The notes beneath the pieces are model-generated. The model did not search any database. It saw nothing but the letters and a program-made list of their open reading frames with translations, and was not told the origin of the DNA. Positions 39,500 to 50,014 of a DNA stretch of 64,000 nt are shown one piece after another. Each line of letters begins with the position of its first letter. Position 1 is the stretch's first letter. A program made the translations under genes and the position numbers. The stretch is from a virus, in the IMG/VR virus record IMGVR_UViG_3300045988_085681, positions 1 to 64,000 of that record; one strand, 5' to 3'.

Positions 39500-39813
39500 T
39501 GAAGTTATACGGAAAATTGGATGAAGAGGCTATTACTGACATATCTTGTAATTTGAAAGCTTTTGAAGAGTATGATGATGTTTATTATACTACTAAAGAA
39601 GCTGTATCAATGTATGATGTTTACGTACCTTTTGAAGAAAACTTAGATGCAGATTGGCTTCCTTATAATTGTACTATCGTAGAATATGATATATTTTTCA
39701 AAGATGGTGAATACTATTATGAAGGAGAGGAGCCTGATGATTCAGTAAGAGGCGAACGAACATTTGAATATAAAGAAGGTAAGTTAGTAAAACAGGGGTT
39801 TAAGCCATATTAA
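39499..39813 (+). CDS. hypothetical acidic protein
   Basis: ORF track. Confidence 0.4.
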   Translation: MKLYGKLDEEAITDISCNLKAFEEYDDVYYTTKEAVSMYDVYVPFEENLDADWLPYNCTIVEYDIFFKDGEYYYEGEEPDDSVRGERTFEYKEGKLVKQGFKPY

Positions 39814-39814
39814 T

Positions 39815-40144
39815 ATGTATTTTATATATAAGAAACAAATAAATGTAGCTAGTGAATATAGCTATAATGTAGACTCTATAGTTGAATGGTTTAAAGATTA
39901 TATCGATCAAGATGATATTATAGAGGCACATGGAGGAGTAGAAGAAGTTACTGCTAAAGATATAGTAGACGATATTTTCTGTGAATCCGATTTTTGGTAT
40001 GATGATTTTATACAAAATTTTGATATAGAATCAGATGTTATAGAGAATATGTATCCTGAAGATATTGCTGAACAGCTAAAAGAAATAGTAGGAGATAAAT
40101 TAATAGATTACTATACTAAGCGTTTAAAAGAACTTCAAAAATGA
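39815..40144 (+). CDS. hypothetical acidic protein
   Basis: ORF track. Confidence 0.4.
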   Translation: MYFIYKKQINVASEYSYNVDSIVEWFKDYIDQDDIIEAHGGVEEVTAKDIVDDIFCESDFWYDDFIQNFDIESDVIENMYPEDIAEQLKEIVGDKLIDYYTKRLKELQK

Positions 40145-40428
40145 TAAATTTAATATGGAGTGAAATTCGACAAGTATCTGTTGAAGAAGATACCCTTTAC
40201 TCAGCTTTACTTTACATATATCGCACCTATATAGGAAGTGAAGACAATAGCATAGACGAGATTATTGAAGGCATTCAAGACAATATAGAAAATTATATAG
40301 AAGAATTAATTGAAGAAGCTTCCCCTTATGATTATTCTAATGGAGATATAGATTGCGAAGATATTACAGAATTAGTTACTGGAGATAAGTTTTTAGAAAA
40401 ATTTAAAGAATGGTATTTGAATGAGTGA
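40141..40428 (+). CDS. hypothetical acidic protein
   Basis: ORF track. Confidence 0.4.
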   Translation: MINLIWSEIRQVSVEEDTLYSALLYIYRTYIGSEDNSIDEIIEGIQDNIENYIEELIEEASPYDYSNGDIDCEDITELVTGDKFLEKFKEWYLNE

Positions 40429-41128
40429 AATATTAATTTTAGGGGATATTCACGGTCGTAGTTTTTGGAAAGAACCATGCAATAATTGGACAGGTAAAAT
40501 TATATTCTTAGGGGATTATCATGACCCTTATGGAGAATATATAATAGGGGAGCCTGATAAAGAAGAATCTTTAATCAATCTTAGAGAATTAGTTACTTTT
40601 GTAGAGAATAGACGTAAGATTTCTGATGTTATATGCCTATTAGGTAATCATGAGCTTCCATATTTCAATGGAAATGGTAAATGCAGATTTGATTATTGGG
40701 AGCAAAAAGAAGTAAAGGAGCTAATTAGTAGTTTAAATCCTCAATTATATTACATATATGAAGATTTAACTCTTAAAGAGCCTCATAAATACTTATTCTC
40801 CCATGCAGGTATTACTAAAGATTGGTTAGACTATAATAATCTAGAATTAAAAGACTTAAATAATATAGATATAACTAATCTTAGTGCTCTTGATCATATC
40901 CCTTATTCTAGAGGAGGGTATAATAAATATGGCTCTTGTGTCTGGAATGATTTAGAAGATTTTCAACTGCAAACTCCATATAAAGGTTATTATCAAATAT
41001 TTGGACACTCTTGGGGAGGAAGAACTGAACCTGTAATCACAGATAAATATGCAATGCTAGATTGTTGTAAACCATTTGTGTTAGATACTGAAAATAATGA
41101 ATTAAAAGAATGGAAATTAAATTCATAG
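40421..41128 (+). CDS. PPP-family Ser/Thr/Tyr phosphatase-like metallophosphoesterase
   Basis: GDIHGR, GDYHDPYG and LLGNHELPY match the GDxHG / GDxxDRG / GNHE signatures. Confidence 0.7.
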   Translation: MSEILILGDIHGRSFWKEPCNNWTGKIIFLGDYHDPYGEYIIGEPDKEESLINLRELVTFVENRRKISDVICLLGNHELPYFNGNGKCRFDYWEQKEVKELISSLNPQLYYIYEDLTLKEPHKYLFSHAGITKDWLDYNNLELKDLNNIDITNLSALDHIPYSRGGYNKYGSCVWNDLEDFQLQTPYKGYYQIFGHSWGGRTEPVITDKYAMLDCCKPFVLDTENNELKEWKLNS

Positions 41129-41358
41129 GAACTTTAAAGATAGATACTTCTGAATATTGGGATTGGATTAGAAGTTTATTCCCTCCAACATTATCTAATG
41201 TAGAAGTATTTAATAAATGGATGCCAGAAGCTCGCATTTATACTTATAGATTTTTAAAATTACGGGGTTATAAAAATAATAACCCCTCAGATTCTGGTCT
41301 AAGAGAAGTTATAGACGATGTTGCACAATATATAACTAAATTATCTTTAGAATCATGA
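41110..41358 (+). CDS. hypothetical protein
   Basis: ORF track. Confidence 0.4.
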   Translation: MEIKFIGTLKIDTSEYWDWIRSLFPPTLSNVEVFNKWMPEARIYTYRFLKLRGYKNNNPSDSGLREVIDDVAQYITKLSLES

Positions 41359-41624
41359 AAATTTCATATCAATATCTCACAACAGATGAATTAGATGTAA
41401 GTATTAAAGATATATTTGATTATATAAAATTCTTACATACTGATTCTGATATGTCTATTAAGTCCACTTTATCTTATGTGGAAGAGTGGCAATTAAATAA
41501 AGAAGAAATTATTCAAGCTTTATATGGGACTCTGGTATATGATGATGTTAGTCCATCTTTTTATAGAACAATAGAAGAAAAATTATTACCTTATTTAAGA
41601 CGTGCTGATGGAGAACCCTCTTAG
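41355..41624 (+). CDS. hypothetical protein
   Basis: ORF track. Confidence 0.4.
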   Translation: MKISYQYLTTDELDVSIKDIFDYIKFLHTDSDMSIKSTLSYVEEWQLNKEEIIQALYGTLVYDDVSPSFYRTIEEKLLPYLRRADGEPS

Positions 41625-42018
41625 AACATGGTGGAAGGTTAGGAAATGGTTTAGAATTCCTAAACCTTCCATTTATTTTGGACCCATAATATCAGGATTA
41701 CCTTGTAGACTTCCTAATAAATGGATTGAGTTACATAGTTATGACGTTACTTGGAAAGATAAATATGGTAATCCTAACTTTGAATTTGTTCCTCAAATAA
41801 ATTTAGAATTATTTAAGAAATATCAATTATTATTAACTTTTCAAACTAATAATAATGATGTATATTGGGAGACAATCTTAGATATAATTTATTATAATAA
41901 ATCTCTTAAAGACGCTATAAATAAAAATACTTGGGAGAATTATAATAAAGAAAAAATAAACGCTTTTACTGAAGGATTTCTTACTCCTAAAGGAGAAAGA
42001 GTATATTTATATGAGTGA
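41602..42018 (+). CDS. hypothetical protein
   Basis: ORF track. Confidence 0.4.
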   Translation: MLMENPLRTWWKVRKWFRIPKPSIYFGPIISGLPCRLPNKWIELHSYDVTWKDKYGNPNFEFVPQINLELFKKYQLLLTFQTNNNDVYWETILDIIYYNKSLKDAINKNTWENYNKEKINAFTEGFLTPKGERVYLYE

Positions 42019-43480
42019 TGAATTAATTTATATAGATAATTTCGATGGGTCTCCAGAAAGACCTAGTATGATAGATAATCCTTTTGTAAAAGGAAATAAT
42101 TGGTTAAGATTTATCGAAGAAGAGAAACAGATAACATTAGGAGAAGAGCAATTACAAGTATTGCACTATATAGTTGATATTATATTAGATAATTTCAAAC
42201 AAAAAGACTTTTTAAATCCTATAAATTTAGGAGGTGCTGCTGGTTGTGGCAAGTCGCTCTGCACTAGCTTTCTTTTAGAGTGGATAAACACTAAAGGGTT
42301 CCCAGTTAAGTTATGTGCTCCTACTCATAAAGCAGCTTTAGTACTTAAAAAGTATAATGATTATGATGCAACTACTCTTCATAGTATGTTAGCATTATCT
42401 CCTAAAGTAGATATTCTTAAACTGGATATCAGAGAATTAAGATTCTTTGCTACTAATGATAAAAAAATGTCTATACCATATGATGGAATTGTCATTTGCG
42501 ATGAAGCATCTATGGTAAGTAGTGATTTATATGATTTATTAGTAGAAAAATGTAGCTTAATGGGTACTATGATTATCTTTTGTGATGATTATGCTCAGTT
42601 AAATCCAGTAAAAGAAGATGAACAATCAAAAGTTTTTAGATGTAAACATCAATTTAGATTGACTAAAATATACAGACAATCTGAAAAAAGTGGTCTTAAA
42701 GGCATTTTACAGACGCTTAGAGAGTCTCCAATACAACAGTGGGACAACTGTGAAGGTGAAGATGGAAGTCTCTTTATAGAGTCTAAATTAGAAAATTTTT
42801 GCAGAAAAGCAGTTTTGGAATTTAAACACGAAATAGAAGCTAAGGATATATTACATACTAAAATTCTAGCTTATACTAATGCTCGTGTAAATAACTATAA
42901 TAAAGCTATTCATAAACTTTTATGGAATGATAATAATTTTCTTCATAAAGGAGAAATTTTAATGGCTTATGAGAATTTCAAAAAAGATGGTTATGAAGTA
43001 ACTAATTCTATGGATTATATAGTAGAAGAATTTACTCCTACTATTATTGATGTTCCATATTATACTAAGTGTAAAGGATATATAGTTAAACTATATGACG
43101 AATATAACAATGCCTCTTTTGAAATTCCACTATTAGCTCCAGAAGAATGTAATGAAGATTTAGCTATAGTTATAGAAACTATAAGAACTGAAGCAATAAA
43201 TTCTCAAGGATACGATAGAAAAAAGAAGTGGGGAATATATTATGCTTTAATGGGAAGTTTTTGCACATCTAAAGATTTATTTACTGATGGCAGATGTATA
43301 AGAAAAGCTACTTTTAAATATGGGTATGCTATTACTACTCATCGTTCTCAAGGGTCTTCTTATGATAATGTATTTATAGATATGAAAGATATCTTTAGAG
43401 CTAAAGATAAAGAGACTCTTAGACAATTACAATATGTAAGTATGTCTAGAACTAGAAGCGATATAACTATGCTATTATGA
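42011..43480 (+). CDS. SF1 Dda/RecD-like DNA helicase
   Basis: Walker A GGAAGCGKS; IVICDEASMV; C-terminal GYAITTHRSQGSSYD (RecD/Dda motif VI). Confidence 0.8.
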   Translation: MSDELIYIDNFDGSPERPSMIDNPFVKGNNWLRFIEEEKQITLGEEQLQVLHYIVDIILDNFKQKDFLNPINLGGAAGCGKSLCTSFLLEWINTKGFPVKLCAPTHKAALVLKKYNDYDATTLHSMLALSPKVDILKLDIRELRFFATNDKKMSIPYDGIVICDEASMVSSDLYDLLVEKCSLMGTMIIFCDDYAQLNPVKEDEQSKVFRCKHQFRLTKIYRQSEKSGLKGILQTLRESPIQQWDNCEGEDGSLFIESKLENFCRKAVLEFKHEIEAKDILHTKILAYTNARVNNYNKAIHKLLWNDNNFLHKGEILMAYENFKKDGYEVTNSMDYIVEEFTPTIIDVPYYTKCKGYIVKLYDEYNNASFEIPLLAPEECNEDLAIVIETIRTEAINSQGYDRKKKWGIYYALMGSFCTSKDLFTDGRCIRKATFKYGYAITTHRSQGSSYDNVFIDMKDIFRAKDKETLRQLQYVSMSRTRSDITMLL

Positions 43481-43746
43481 TTGATGTATTATTGATTCAT
43501 AATAATCCAGCATTAGTAGAATTGTTTAAAAACTCCTATAATGGAGAAGCTTTTTTACAATTCTTAGATAGAGGTTCTAAAATAGAACGTAGTAAAGCTT
43601 ATAAGATACAGCAAGAATGGGGTAGCAATCAAACCCCATTTGCATTAGTGAAAAAAGATGATAAGGTTATTAAAGCCTTTTATGCAGAAGATAAAGACAA
43701 TGTAATTTCTAAATTAATATCTTATTTAAATGAGCACAACTATTAA
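43477..43746 (+). CDS. hypothetical protein
   Basis: ORF track. Confidence 0.4.
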   Translation: MIDVLLIHNNPALVELFKNSYNGEAFLQFLDRGSKIERSKAYKIQQEWGSNQTPFALVKKDDKVIKAFYAEDKDNVISKLISYLNEHNY

Positions 43747-44224
43747 TGTTCCAGTAATTAATAAATCTAGTAATGAACTTCCTAAGTATGCACACAAAGG
43801 TGACGCAGGTTTTGATCTCAGGGCTAATGTAGAAGAAATTAAAAATAGTAATTATTTTTTTAATGCTATTAAGCTTAATGATGTTACAATAATTCTTAAT
43901 CCTGGAGGTAGAGTACTTATTCCAACAGGTTTATATATGGCAATTCCTGAAGGTTATGAACTTCAGATTCGTCCTCGTAGTGGTTTGGCTTTGAACCATG
44001 GTATTACAGTAGTAAATACTCCAGGAACAATTGATGCTATTTATAGAGGTAATATTGGAGTTATTCTTAAGAATGATGGTACTGAGCCTTTTATAATTGA
44101 ACAAGGTGATAGAATTGCTCAGGGAGTGTTAAATAAAGTAGAAGAAGCTAATCTTATAGAGACAGATTCTTTGGATGAAACAGATAGATCTGATAGTGGT
44201 TATGGTAAATCCGGAGTAAAGTGA
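43730..44224 (+). CDS. dut: dUTP diphosphatase (trimeric dUTPase)
   Basis: All five motifs present: AGFDL, RPRSGLA, GTIDAIYRG, GDRIAQ, RSDSGYGKSG. Confidence 0.85.
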   Translation: MSTTINVPVINKSSNELPKYAHKGDAGFDLRANVEEIKNSNYFFNAIKLNDVTIILNPGGRVLIPTGLYMAIPEGYELQIRPRSGLALNHGITVVNTPGTIDAIYRGNIGVILKNDGTEPFIIEQGDRIAQGVLNKVEEANLIETDSLDETDRSDSGYGKSGVK

Positions 44225-44679
44225 TAAGTAAAGAATCTTTTTTAAAGAAATTAAGAGTATTAGGCAAGCAATACGCTAGTAAAACAATACTAGATTCAGA
44301 AAATCACCAAGATGCTGTAGAAGCTGTAGTATCAGACTATTTACAAGGAGCAGAAGATTCTTATGATACTTTCAGAACTTATGATAAGGAAAGATTTTGT
44401 GATTCTTTACGTAATATTTTAAATTATTATAAGAAATTAGAAGAGCTTGAGGATATTTTAAATTGTGTATTAAGAGAATCTCCTATAGGGGAATCTACAA
44501 CATTTATTATAACTGATTTAGTAAGAGCTTTAGCTAATAATGATGTTGAAACTATAAATGATATAGAATGGTGGTTATATGAAGATGTAGAAAAAGAGTG
44601 GATTATAGATAATGAAACTGTAAAAGTGGAAACACCAGAACAACTTTATGATGCTTTAAAGAAATTGAACCGTGTCTGA
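44221..44679 (+). CDS. hypothetical protein
   Basis: ORF track. Confidence 0.4.
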   Translation: MISKESFLKKLRVLGKQYASKTILDSENHQDAVEAVVSDYLQGAEDSYDTFRTYDKERFCDSLRNILNYYKKLEELEDILNCVLRESPIGESTTFIITDLVRALANNDVETINDIEWWLYEDVEKEWIIDNETVKVETPEQLYDALKKLNRV

Positions 44680-45913
44680 CTTATTTGAAAAAGAATTTCA
44701 AACAAATGCTTATTTAGTATCTAAAGATGCTAAAGGTAAAGTTAGATGTGTAAGACTATGGTATGAGTGGAGTGATTCCGCTCATGCCTATCTTATTAAA
44801 AGACAGTCTTGGCAATTAAATGGTAAAAGACTAGACCATCCAGATATTCCTATAAAGAAAGGATTAGTTAGTAGAACTCTTAGGGAACAAACACAACTTC
44901 AGTTTAACTCCAAACTTAAAGAATATAAGGATAAAGGTTATAAAGAAGTTGAAGAAGATCCTGATAATAAAGATGAGAAAATAATTTTAAACTTTCTTCC
45001 TGAGTATAATACTGACTCTTATAACCATATTAAACCTATGTTGGCTAAACAAGAGAAAAAAGTTATTAAACGAGAAATATTTGATAATGAATGGTTAGCT
45101 AGTAGGAAAATTAATGGATTAAGATGTTGTTTTTACTGGGATGGTAAACATATTAAAACTTACTCAAGAGGTGGGGAAAATTATGATTTATCTACCCAAC
45201 ATTTAACTAAACATCCAATTTTAATAGAAATTTTTAAAAAATTTCCAACATTAGTATTAGATTCAGAATTATATAAACACGGAAAATCTTTGCAACAAAT
45301 ATCTGGAGCAGCTAGATTAGAAAGAAATGCAGTGGATTGTGATTGGTTAGAAATTTATTGTTATGATTGTTTCTTTACTAATAAAATGGGAGTTCCTGCA
45401 AAACAACGTGAATTATTTCTTATAAAGCTATTTAAAAGTTATAACATATATGGGTTTAATCCTATTAGAGAATGGCAACAAGGAGAACTTCAAATACAAT
45501 TAGTACCCCAAGTAAAAGTATCAGGTTGGGAAAACATTGAAAAATTACATAATAAATATGTTTCTGAAGGATTTGAGGGTGTTGTATTAAGAGATCCTGA
45601 TAAGCCTTATAAGCCAAACTCTAGGGGTAATCAAATGATAAAAGTAAAACATTACTTAGATGCTACTTATAAAGTTATCGACTATGAATTAGGGTTACGA
45701 GGTTCAGAGGATATGACTTTTATTTTACAAATGCCTAATGGTCAAACTTTTAAAGCAAGTCCAATGGGAGATAGAGCTACAAAAGCTGATTATGTCGAAA
45801 ATTTTGACAAAAAATATAAAAATCATTTAGGGGATTGTAAATATTTTGAAATATCCGATAGTGGAATTCCTTGTCAACCAAAATTCACAGTATTTCGGTT
45901 TGATTTAGAGTAA
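44672..45913 (+). CDS. ATP-dependent polynucleotide ligase (DNA or RNA ligase, nucleotidyltransferase superfamily)
   Basis: Motif I KINGLR (KxNG variant of KxDG); motif IV EGVVLRD; motif V MIKVK. Confidence 0.55.
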   Translation: MSDLFEKEFQTNAYLVSKDAKGKVRCVRLWYEWSDSAHAYLIKRQSWQLNGKRLDHPDIPIKKGLVSRTLREQTQLQFNSKLKEYKDKGYKEVEEDPDNKDEKIILNFLPEYNTDSYNHIKPMLAKQEKKVIKREIFDNEWLASRKINGLRCCFYWDGKHIKTYSRGGENYDLSTQHLTKHPILIEIFKKFPTLVLDSELYKHGKSLQQISGAARLERNAVDCDWLEIYCYDCFFTNKMGVPAKQRELFLIKLFKSYNIYGFNPIREWQQGELQIQLVPQVKVSGWENIEKLHNKYVSEGFEGVVLRDPDKPYKPNSRGNQMIKVKHYLDATYKVIDYELGLRGSEDMTFILQMPNGQTFKASPMGDRATKADYVENFDKKYKNHLGDCKYFEISDSGIPCQPKFTVFRFDLE

Positions 45914-46002
45914 TACTAAAATTTTACTAAAAATATCTAGACTAATTATTTTTAATAGACTATATTGATACTATTAATTAAAATGTTAAAATATTTTTAG
46001 TA

Positions 46003-47211
46003 ATGACAAAAAAGGAAAAATTTATTACTCAATCAATTGAAAAATTTGGTGACAAATTTGATTATTCTAAAGTAACAGATATTAATAATAAAGAAATAGA
46101 TAAAATTACAATTATATGTCCTATACATGGCGAATTTGAGACTACTCCTAAATCATTTTTAATATCTAAATATGGTTGTAAAAAATGTGCTAACCAACAA
46201 AAAGGAAAACATTATCGAACAGATAAAAATAATTTAAGTTCTATTGATACACATATCCCACATATAGAAAATCCTATTATATCAAAATCTTTAGTTGTGG
46301 GTACTGTATACTGTTTTATTAATAGTATTAATGGTAAAAAATATATTGGAGAAACAGTAAAGAAAGATTATACTGTTAGATTTAATGAACATAGAAGTAA
46401 AAGTGAAAGAGGAGTAGTAACTTATTTCTATAATGCTATCCGAAAATATGGATGGGATGCTTTTAATAAATATATCATATATCAAACTGAACCATATGAA
46501 GATACTGAAGAGAATAGAAAAAAATTAAATGATATTGTAAATAAAAAAGAAATTGAGTTTACTAATAAATACAATACTACAAATCCTAATTTTGGCTATA
46601 ATTTAACAAAAGGAGGAGACGGAGTTTTAGGTTACCATTTTTCTAAAGAAACTAGAGAAAAAATGAGTAAATCTCATCAAGGAGAAAAACATTGGAATTA
46701 TGGTAAAAGAAATGAAGGTAAATCTAAAGCAATTTTACAATTTGATTTAGATGGAAATTATATAGCAGAGTTTCCATCTATGGCAGAAATTACACGACAA
46801 TTAGGATATAAAGCTAATAATGTATGCAGATGTTGTGATAATTTAATAGGTTCTTATATGGGATATATTTGGGTACGAAAAGATGATTATTATGAAGGCT
46901 ATATTCAAAAATACAAATCAAGAGTAAAATGTAAATCTAATGATAAGGAAGTTTTACAATATACTTTTTTAGGAGATTATGTAGCTTCCTATATAAGCTG
47001 TGCAGAAGCAAAAAGAACTTTAAAAATGGGATATAGCCCTTCAGGAGCTGCCTCTGGAACTGATTTTTCAGCAGGAGGTTATATATGGATATATAAAAAA
47101 GATTTTACAGAAGATTTATTAAAAGAAAAATTAGAGCTTGTAAAAAGTAGTCGTAATTATAAAAAAATTGTGAGTAATCTTAGACAGGCAGCTTTAATTA
47201 ATCGTAATTAA
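46003..47211 (+). CDS. GIY-YIG homing endonuclease with NUMOD-like DNA-binding repeats (free-standing)
   Basis: VYCFINSINGKKYIGETVK...R..EH matches the GIY-YIG core. KETREKMSKSHQGEKHWNYGK is NUMOD3-like. N-terminal Cys pairs. Confidence 0.7.
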   Translation: MTKKEKFITQSIEKFGDKFDYSKVTDINNKEIDKITIICPIHGEFETTPKSFLISKYGCKKCANQQKGKHYRTDKNNLSSIDTHIPHIENPIISKSLVVGTVYCFINSINGKKYIGETVKKDYTVRFNEHRSKSERGVVTYFYNAIRKYGWDAFNKYIIYQTEPYEDTEENRKKLNDIVNKKEIEFTNKYNTTNPNFGYNLTKGGDGVLGYHFSKETREKMSKSHQGEKHWNYGKRNEGKSKAILQFDLDGNYIAEFPSMAEITRQLGYKANNVCRCCDNLIGSYMGYIWVRKDDYYEGYIQKYKSRVKCKSNDKEVLQYTFLGDYVASYISCAEAKRTLKMGYSPSGAASGTDFSAGGYIWIYKKDFTEDLLKEKLELVKSSRNYKKIVSNLRQAALINRN

Positions 47212-47223
47212 ACAATTATATTA

Positions 47224-47538
47224 ATGAGCTCTACAGCTGACAGAAGTAATGGAAGAATACTTAAGAATTATATATATGCTAATATATCTTTACATAAATT
47301 AGCTAAAATTCTTATAGAAGATTGGCAAATAGCAGATAGACAAAGATTCCCCAGTGTTTATAAATTATTTTCACTTAACTGTCCTCGATATGGAGCACAA
47401 ATAAATGCTTTTATAGATATTTTAGATATTAAATATTATTGGTATATCTTATATCCTATTATAAAAGAAATAAATTCAGAAGTATTAAGTGAATATGATG
47501 AACATTTATATAATGAAATAAAAAATTCTTTATTATAA
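47224..47538 (+). CDS. hypothetical protein
   Basis: ORF track. Confidence 0.4.
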   Translation: MSSTADRSNGRILKNYIYANISLHKLAKILIEDWQIADRQRFPSVYKLFSLNCPRYGAQINAFIDILDIKYYWYILYPIIKEINSEVLSEYDEHLYNEIKNSLL

Positions 47539-48227
47539 TGACGAAAATTTGTGCACTAAGTGACTTACATGGTCATCTACCAAGAATTGAGTCTTGTGAG
47601 TTAGTATTATTAGCAGGGGATATTGTTCCTTTAAATATTCAATTTGATAATGCTGCATCTACCTTATGGTTTTTAGATGAATTTACAAAATGGATTGATT
47701 CTCTTCCTTGTGATGAAGTTATTATGATTGCAGGTAATCATGATAAACTTATAGAAAGAGCCTCTTTTATAATTCATGCAGTAGAATCTAAAACTGATTT
47801 TAAACTTACATATTTGTCAGGAACTACTTATGAATATATAGCTAGGAGTCTTAAACATTATAAAATATACGGCTCTCCTTTCTGCCATAAGTTTGGTAAT
47901 TGGGCATTTATGCAAAGTGAAGAATGGTTAAAAGATTATTATGATAATATTCCAGAAGATACTGATATAATTTTAACTCACGATACTCCAATGTTAGGGG
48001 ATTTAGATTTATTACCTCCTAGTCAATGGAATCCAAAAGCTATTCACGCTGGAGGTAAATCTTTAGCAGATGCTATTTGTAGAGTACAACCTAGATATGT
48101 ATTTTGTGGGCATTTACATACTTGCAAAGACAAATATTTAAAATTAGATAATACTGAAATATATAACGTATCTATATTAGATAATAACTATAAAAAGATT
48201 TACGAACCATTATATTTAAACATCTAA
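47538..48227 (+). CDS. calcineurin-like metallophosphoesterase
   Basis: LSDLHGH, AGDIV, AGNHD and GHLH motifs. Confidence 0.6.
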   Translation: MTKICALSDLHGHLPRIESCELVLLAGDIVPLNIQFDNAASTLWFLDEFTKWIDSLPCDEVIMIAGNHDKLIERASFIIHAVESKTDFKLTYLSGTTYEYIARSLKHYKIYGSPFCHKFGNWAFMQSEEWLKDYYDNIPEDTDIILTHDTPMLGDLDLLPPSQWNPKAIHAGGKSLADAICRVQPRYVFCGHLHTCKDKYLKLDNTEIYNVSILDNNYKKIYEPLYLNI

Positions 48228-48228
48228 A

Positions 48229-48591
48229 ATGAAAGACGTAATAGCTAATGAAAAATTACCATACATTCCGGAGACCTTTATTCTCGGATGTCACACCTTC
48301 AAAGTACAATTATACGAAGAATTATACGACGACAACGACCCATTATATGGACAATTTGATTATGATGAGCAGATCATCAGAATCAAAATATTTAAACATA
48401 ATGGTGAGCCTTTATCCAAAGAATGTATTCTTAACACATATTATCATGAGCTTTTCCACGCCTTTAACTATCTGTGGAATACTGGAGGCGATGAATCGCT
48501 TGCTAGTACTTTTGCAATGTTAATGTGTGAATATGAAACAACTAAGAAATATGCCAAGAAAGAAGGTATCAATTACAGTGGTAGAGAGTAA
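48229..48591 (+). CDS. small HExxH-motif protein (possible Zn-metallopeptidase-like)
   Basis: YYHELFHAF. Confidence 0.3.
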   Translation: MKDVIANEKLPYIPETFILGCHTFKVQLYEELYDDNDPLYGQFDYDEQIIRIKIFKHNGEPLSKECILNTYYHELFHAFNYLWNTGGDESLASTFAMLMCEYETTKKYAKKEGINYSGRE

Positions 48592-48859
48592 ACCTAAAGT
48601 TAAATATGTTTCTCCTATTAAAGATTATTCAGTATCCTATGATGCAGTTATTAAAATTAGACAAACAAGTCTTCAACCAATAATACCTGCTAAGATTAGG
48701 ACTGATAAAAGAAACTTCGTTGGAAAACTTCCTAAAGAAGTTCTTAATCAATTATCTAAGATTATATCAGAAGCTATTAAATCATCATGCTCTTTCTGCA
48801 CAGAAGTAGTTTCTGTAGATAATATAAAATTTGATCAAACCTTAATAAAAGAAGATTAA
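48527..48859 (+). CDS. hypothetical protein
   Basis: ORF track; overlaps the previous ORF. Confidence 0.35.
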   Translation: MNMKQLRNMPRKKVSITVVESKPKVKYVSPIKDYSVSYDAVIKIRQTSLQPIIPAKIRTDKRNFVGKLPKEVLNQLSKIISEAIKSSCSFCTEVVSVDNIKFDQTLIKED

Positions 48860-49203
48860 TGATTTATTTTATTATAGAGGATTCTCATTTTGGCTCTCAT
48901 GTAGAACAAATATCTACTGATTTTAATAAATTGAGAGAAAATTTTCCTGATGAAGTAATTTACACTACAGATTATATGAATGTAGATGACACTTTATATA
49001 ATATAATAGATTATTCTAATATGCCATATAAATCTTATGATGGTACTGAAATAACTAATTGTTACTTATATCATGATAAATTTTATGAGTGTGATGAAGA
49101 TTTGCCGGAAGGAGTAAATCCAGATGAATATATGTGCACTTTTTATAGGACTTACACAAAAGGTTATTTAACTAAAACATGGCATAAAGATGGCTGGGTA
49201 TAA
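48859..49203 (+). CDS. hypothetical protein
   Basis: ORF track. Confidence 0.4.
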   Translation: MIYFIIEDSHFGSHVEQISTDFNKLRENFPDEVIYTTDYMNVDDTLYNIIDYSNMPYKSYDGTEITNCYLYHDKFYECDEDLPEGVNPDEYMCTFYRTYTKGYLTKTWHKDGWV

Positions 49204-50014
49204 TTTAATTACAGACGATAGTGAAGCACTACAAGCTTACCTAAATAACATTACTCATTCTACCCCATTATCTTTAGAGGAAGAGAAAGAATGCGCTGAC
49301 ACTGGAGATTGGGAGAAATTAGTAAATGCTAATTTAAAGTTTGTAGTAACTGTAGCTAAAAAGTTTCAGAATAAAGGACTACCTTTATCGGATTTAATAG
49401 CTGAAGGAAATGTAGGTCTTATTCATGCTAGCCGCTTATATAAAAGTGAATATAATGTTAAATTTATAACTTATGCTGTATGGCATATAAGTGAAGCTAT
49501 TCGTAGAGCTATTCATTATAAAGCAGATACTGTTAGAGTTCCTGTAAGTCAAAAACTTACTTATAATAAGGCTGCTAAAGTTATAAATAAATATTGGCAA
49601 ACTGAAGATAGACCTCCATCAGATGAAGAGTTGGAAGAAGCTACTGGTAAAACTATGAAACAAATTAATGGAGCTATAAATGCTAAAAAAGTATGTATGT
49701 CTTTAGACACTCCATTAGGTAGTAATGATGATGACAGAGACTCTACTTTAGTAGACATTGTTAAAAACAATAATAGTCCTCTAGCAGATAATAATATAGA
49801 ACAGTCTTATAAGACTAATGTTATTAACAAAGTTTTAAATGGACTTTCTAATAAAGAACATGACATAATAATTTTATGCTATGGATTTACTGGGCAAGAA
49901 TATACTCCTGAACTTATATCTCCTTTATTTGGGTGTACACCAGAACGTATCAGACAAATTAGGAGAGAAGCAGTCAAGAAACTTAGAAAAAGAAAAATTC
50001 TTAAAAACATTTAA
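49190..50014 (+). CDS. RNA polymerase sigma-70 family factor
   Basis: Region 2 LIAEGNVGLIHASRLYK...FITYAVWHISEAIRRAI. Region 4 HTH LFGCTPERIRQIRREAVKKLR. Confidence 0.8.
   Translation: MAGYNLITDDSEALQAYLNNITHSTPLSLEEEKECADTGDWEKLVNANLKFVVTVAKKFQNKGLPLSDLIAEGNVGLIHASRLYKSEYNVKFITYAVWHISEAIRRAIHYKADTVRVPVSQKLTYNKAAKVINKYWQTEDRPPSDEELEEATGKTMKQINGAINAKKVCMSLDTPLGSNDDDRDSTLVDIVKNNNSPLADNNIEQSYKTNVINKVLNGLSNKEHDIIILCYGFTGQEYTPELISPLFGCTPERIRQIRREAVKKLRKRKILKNI

Noticed and set aside
48248-48523. Plus-strand 91-aa ORF in an alternative frame
   Set aside because: Entirely nested in the HExxH ORF 48229-48591 in another frame, and its sequence is low-complexity.
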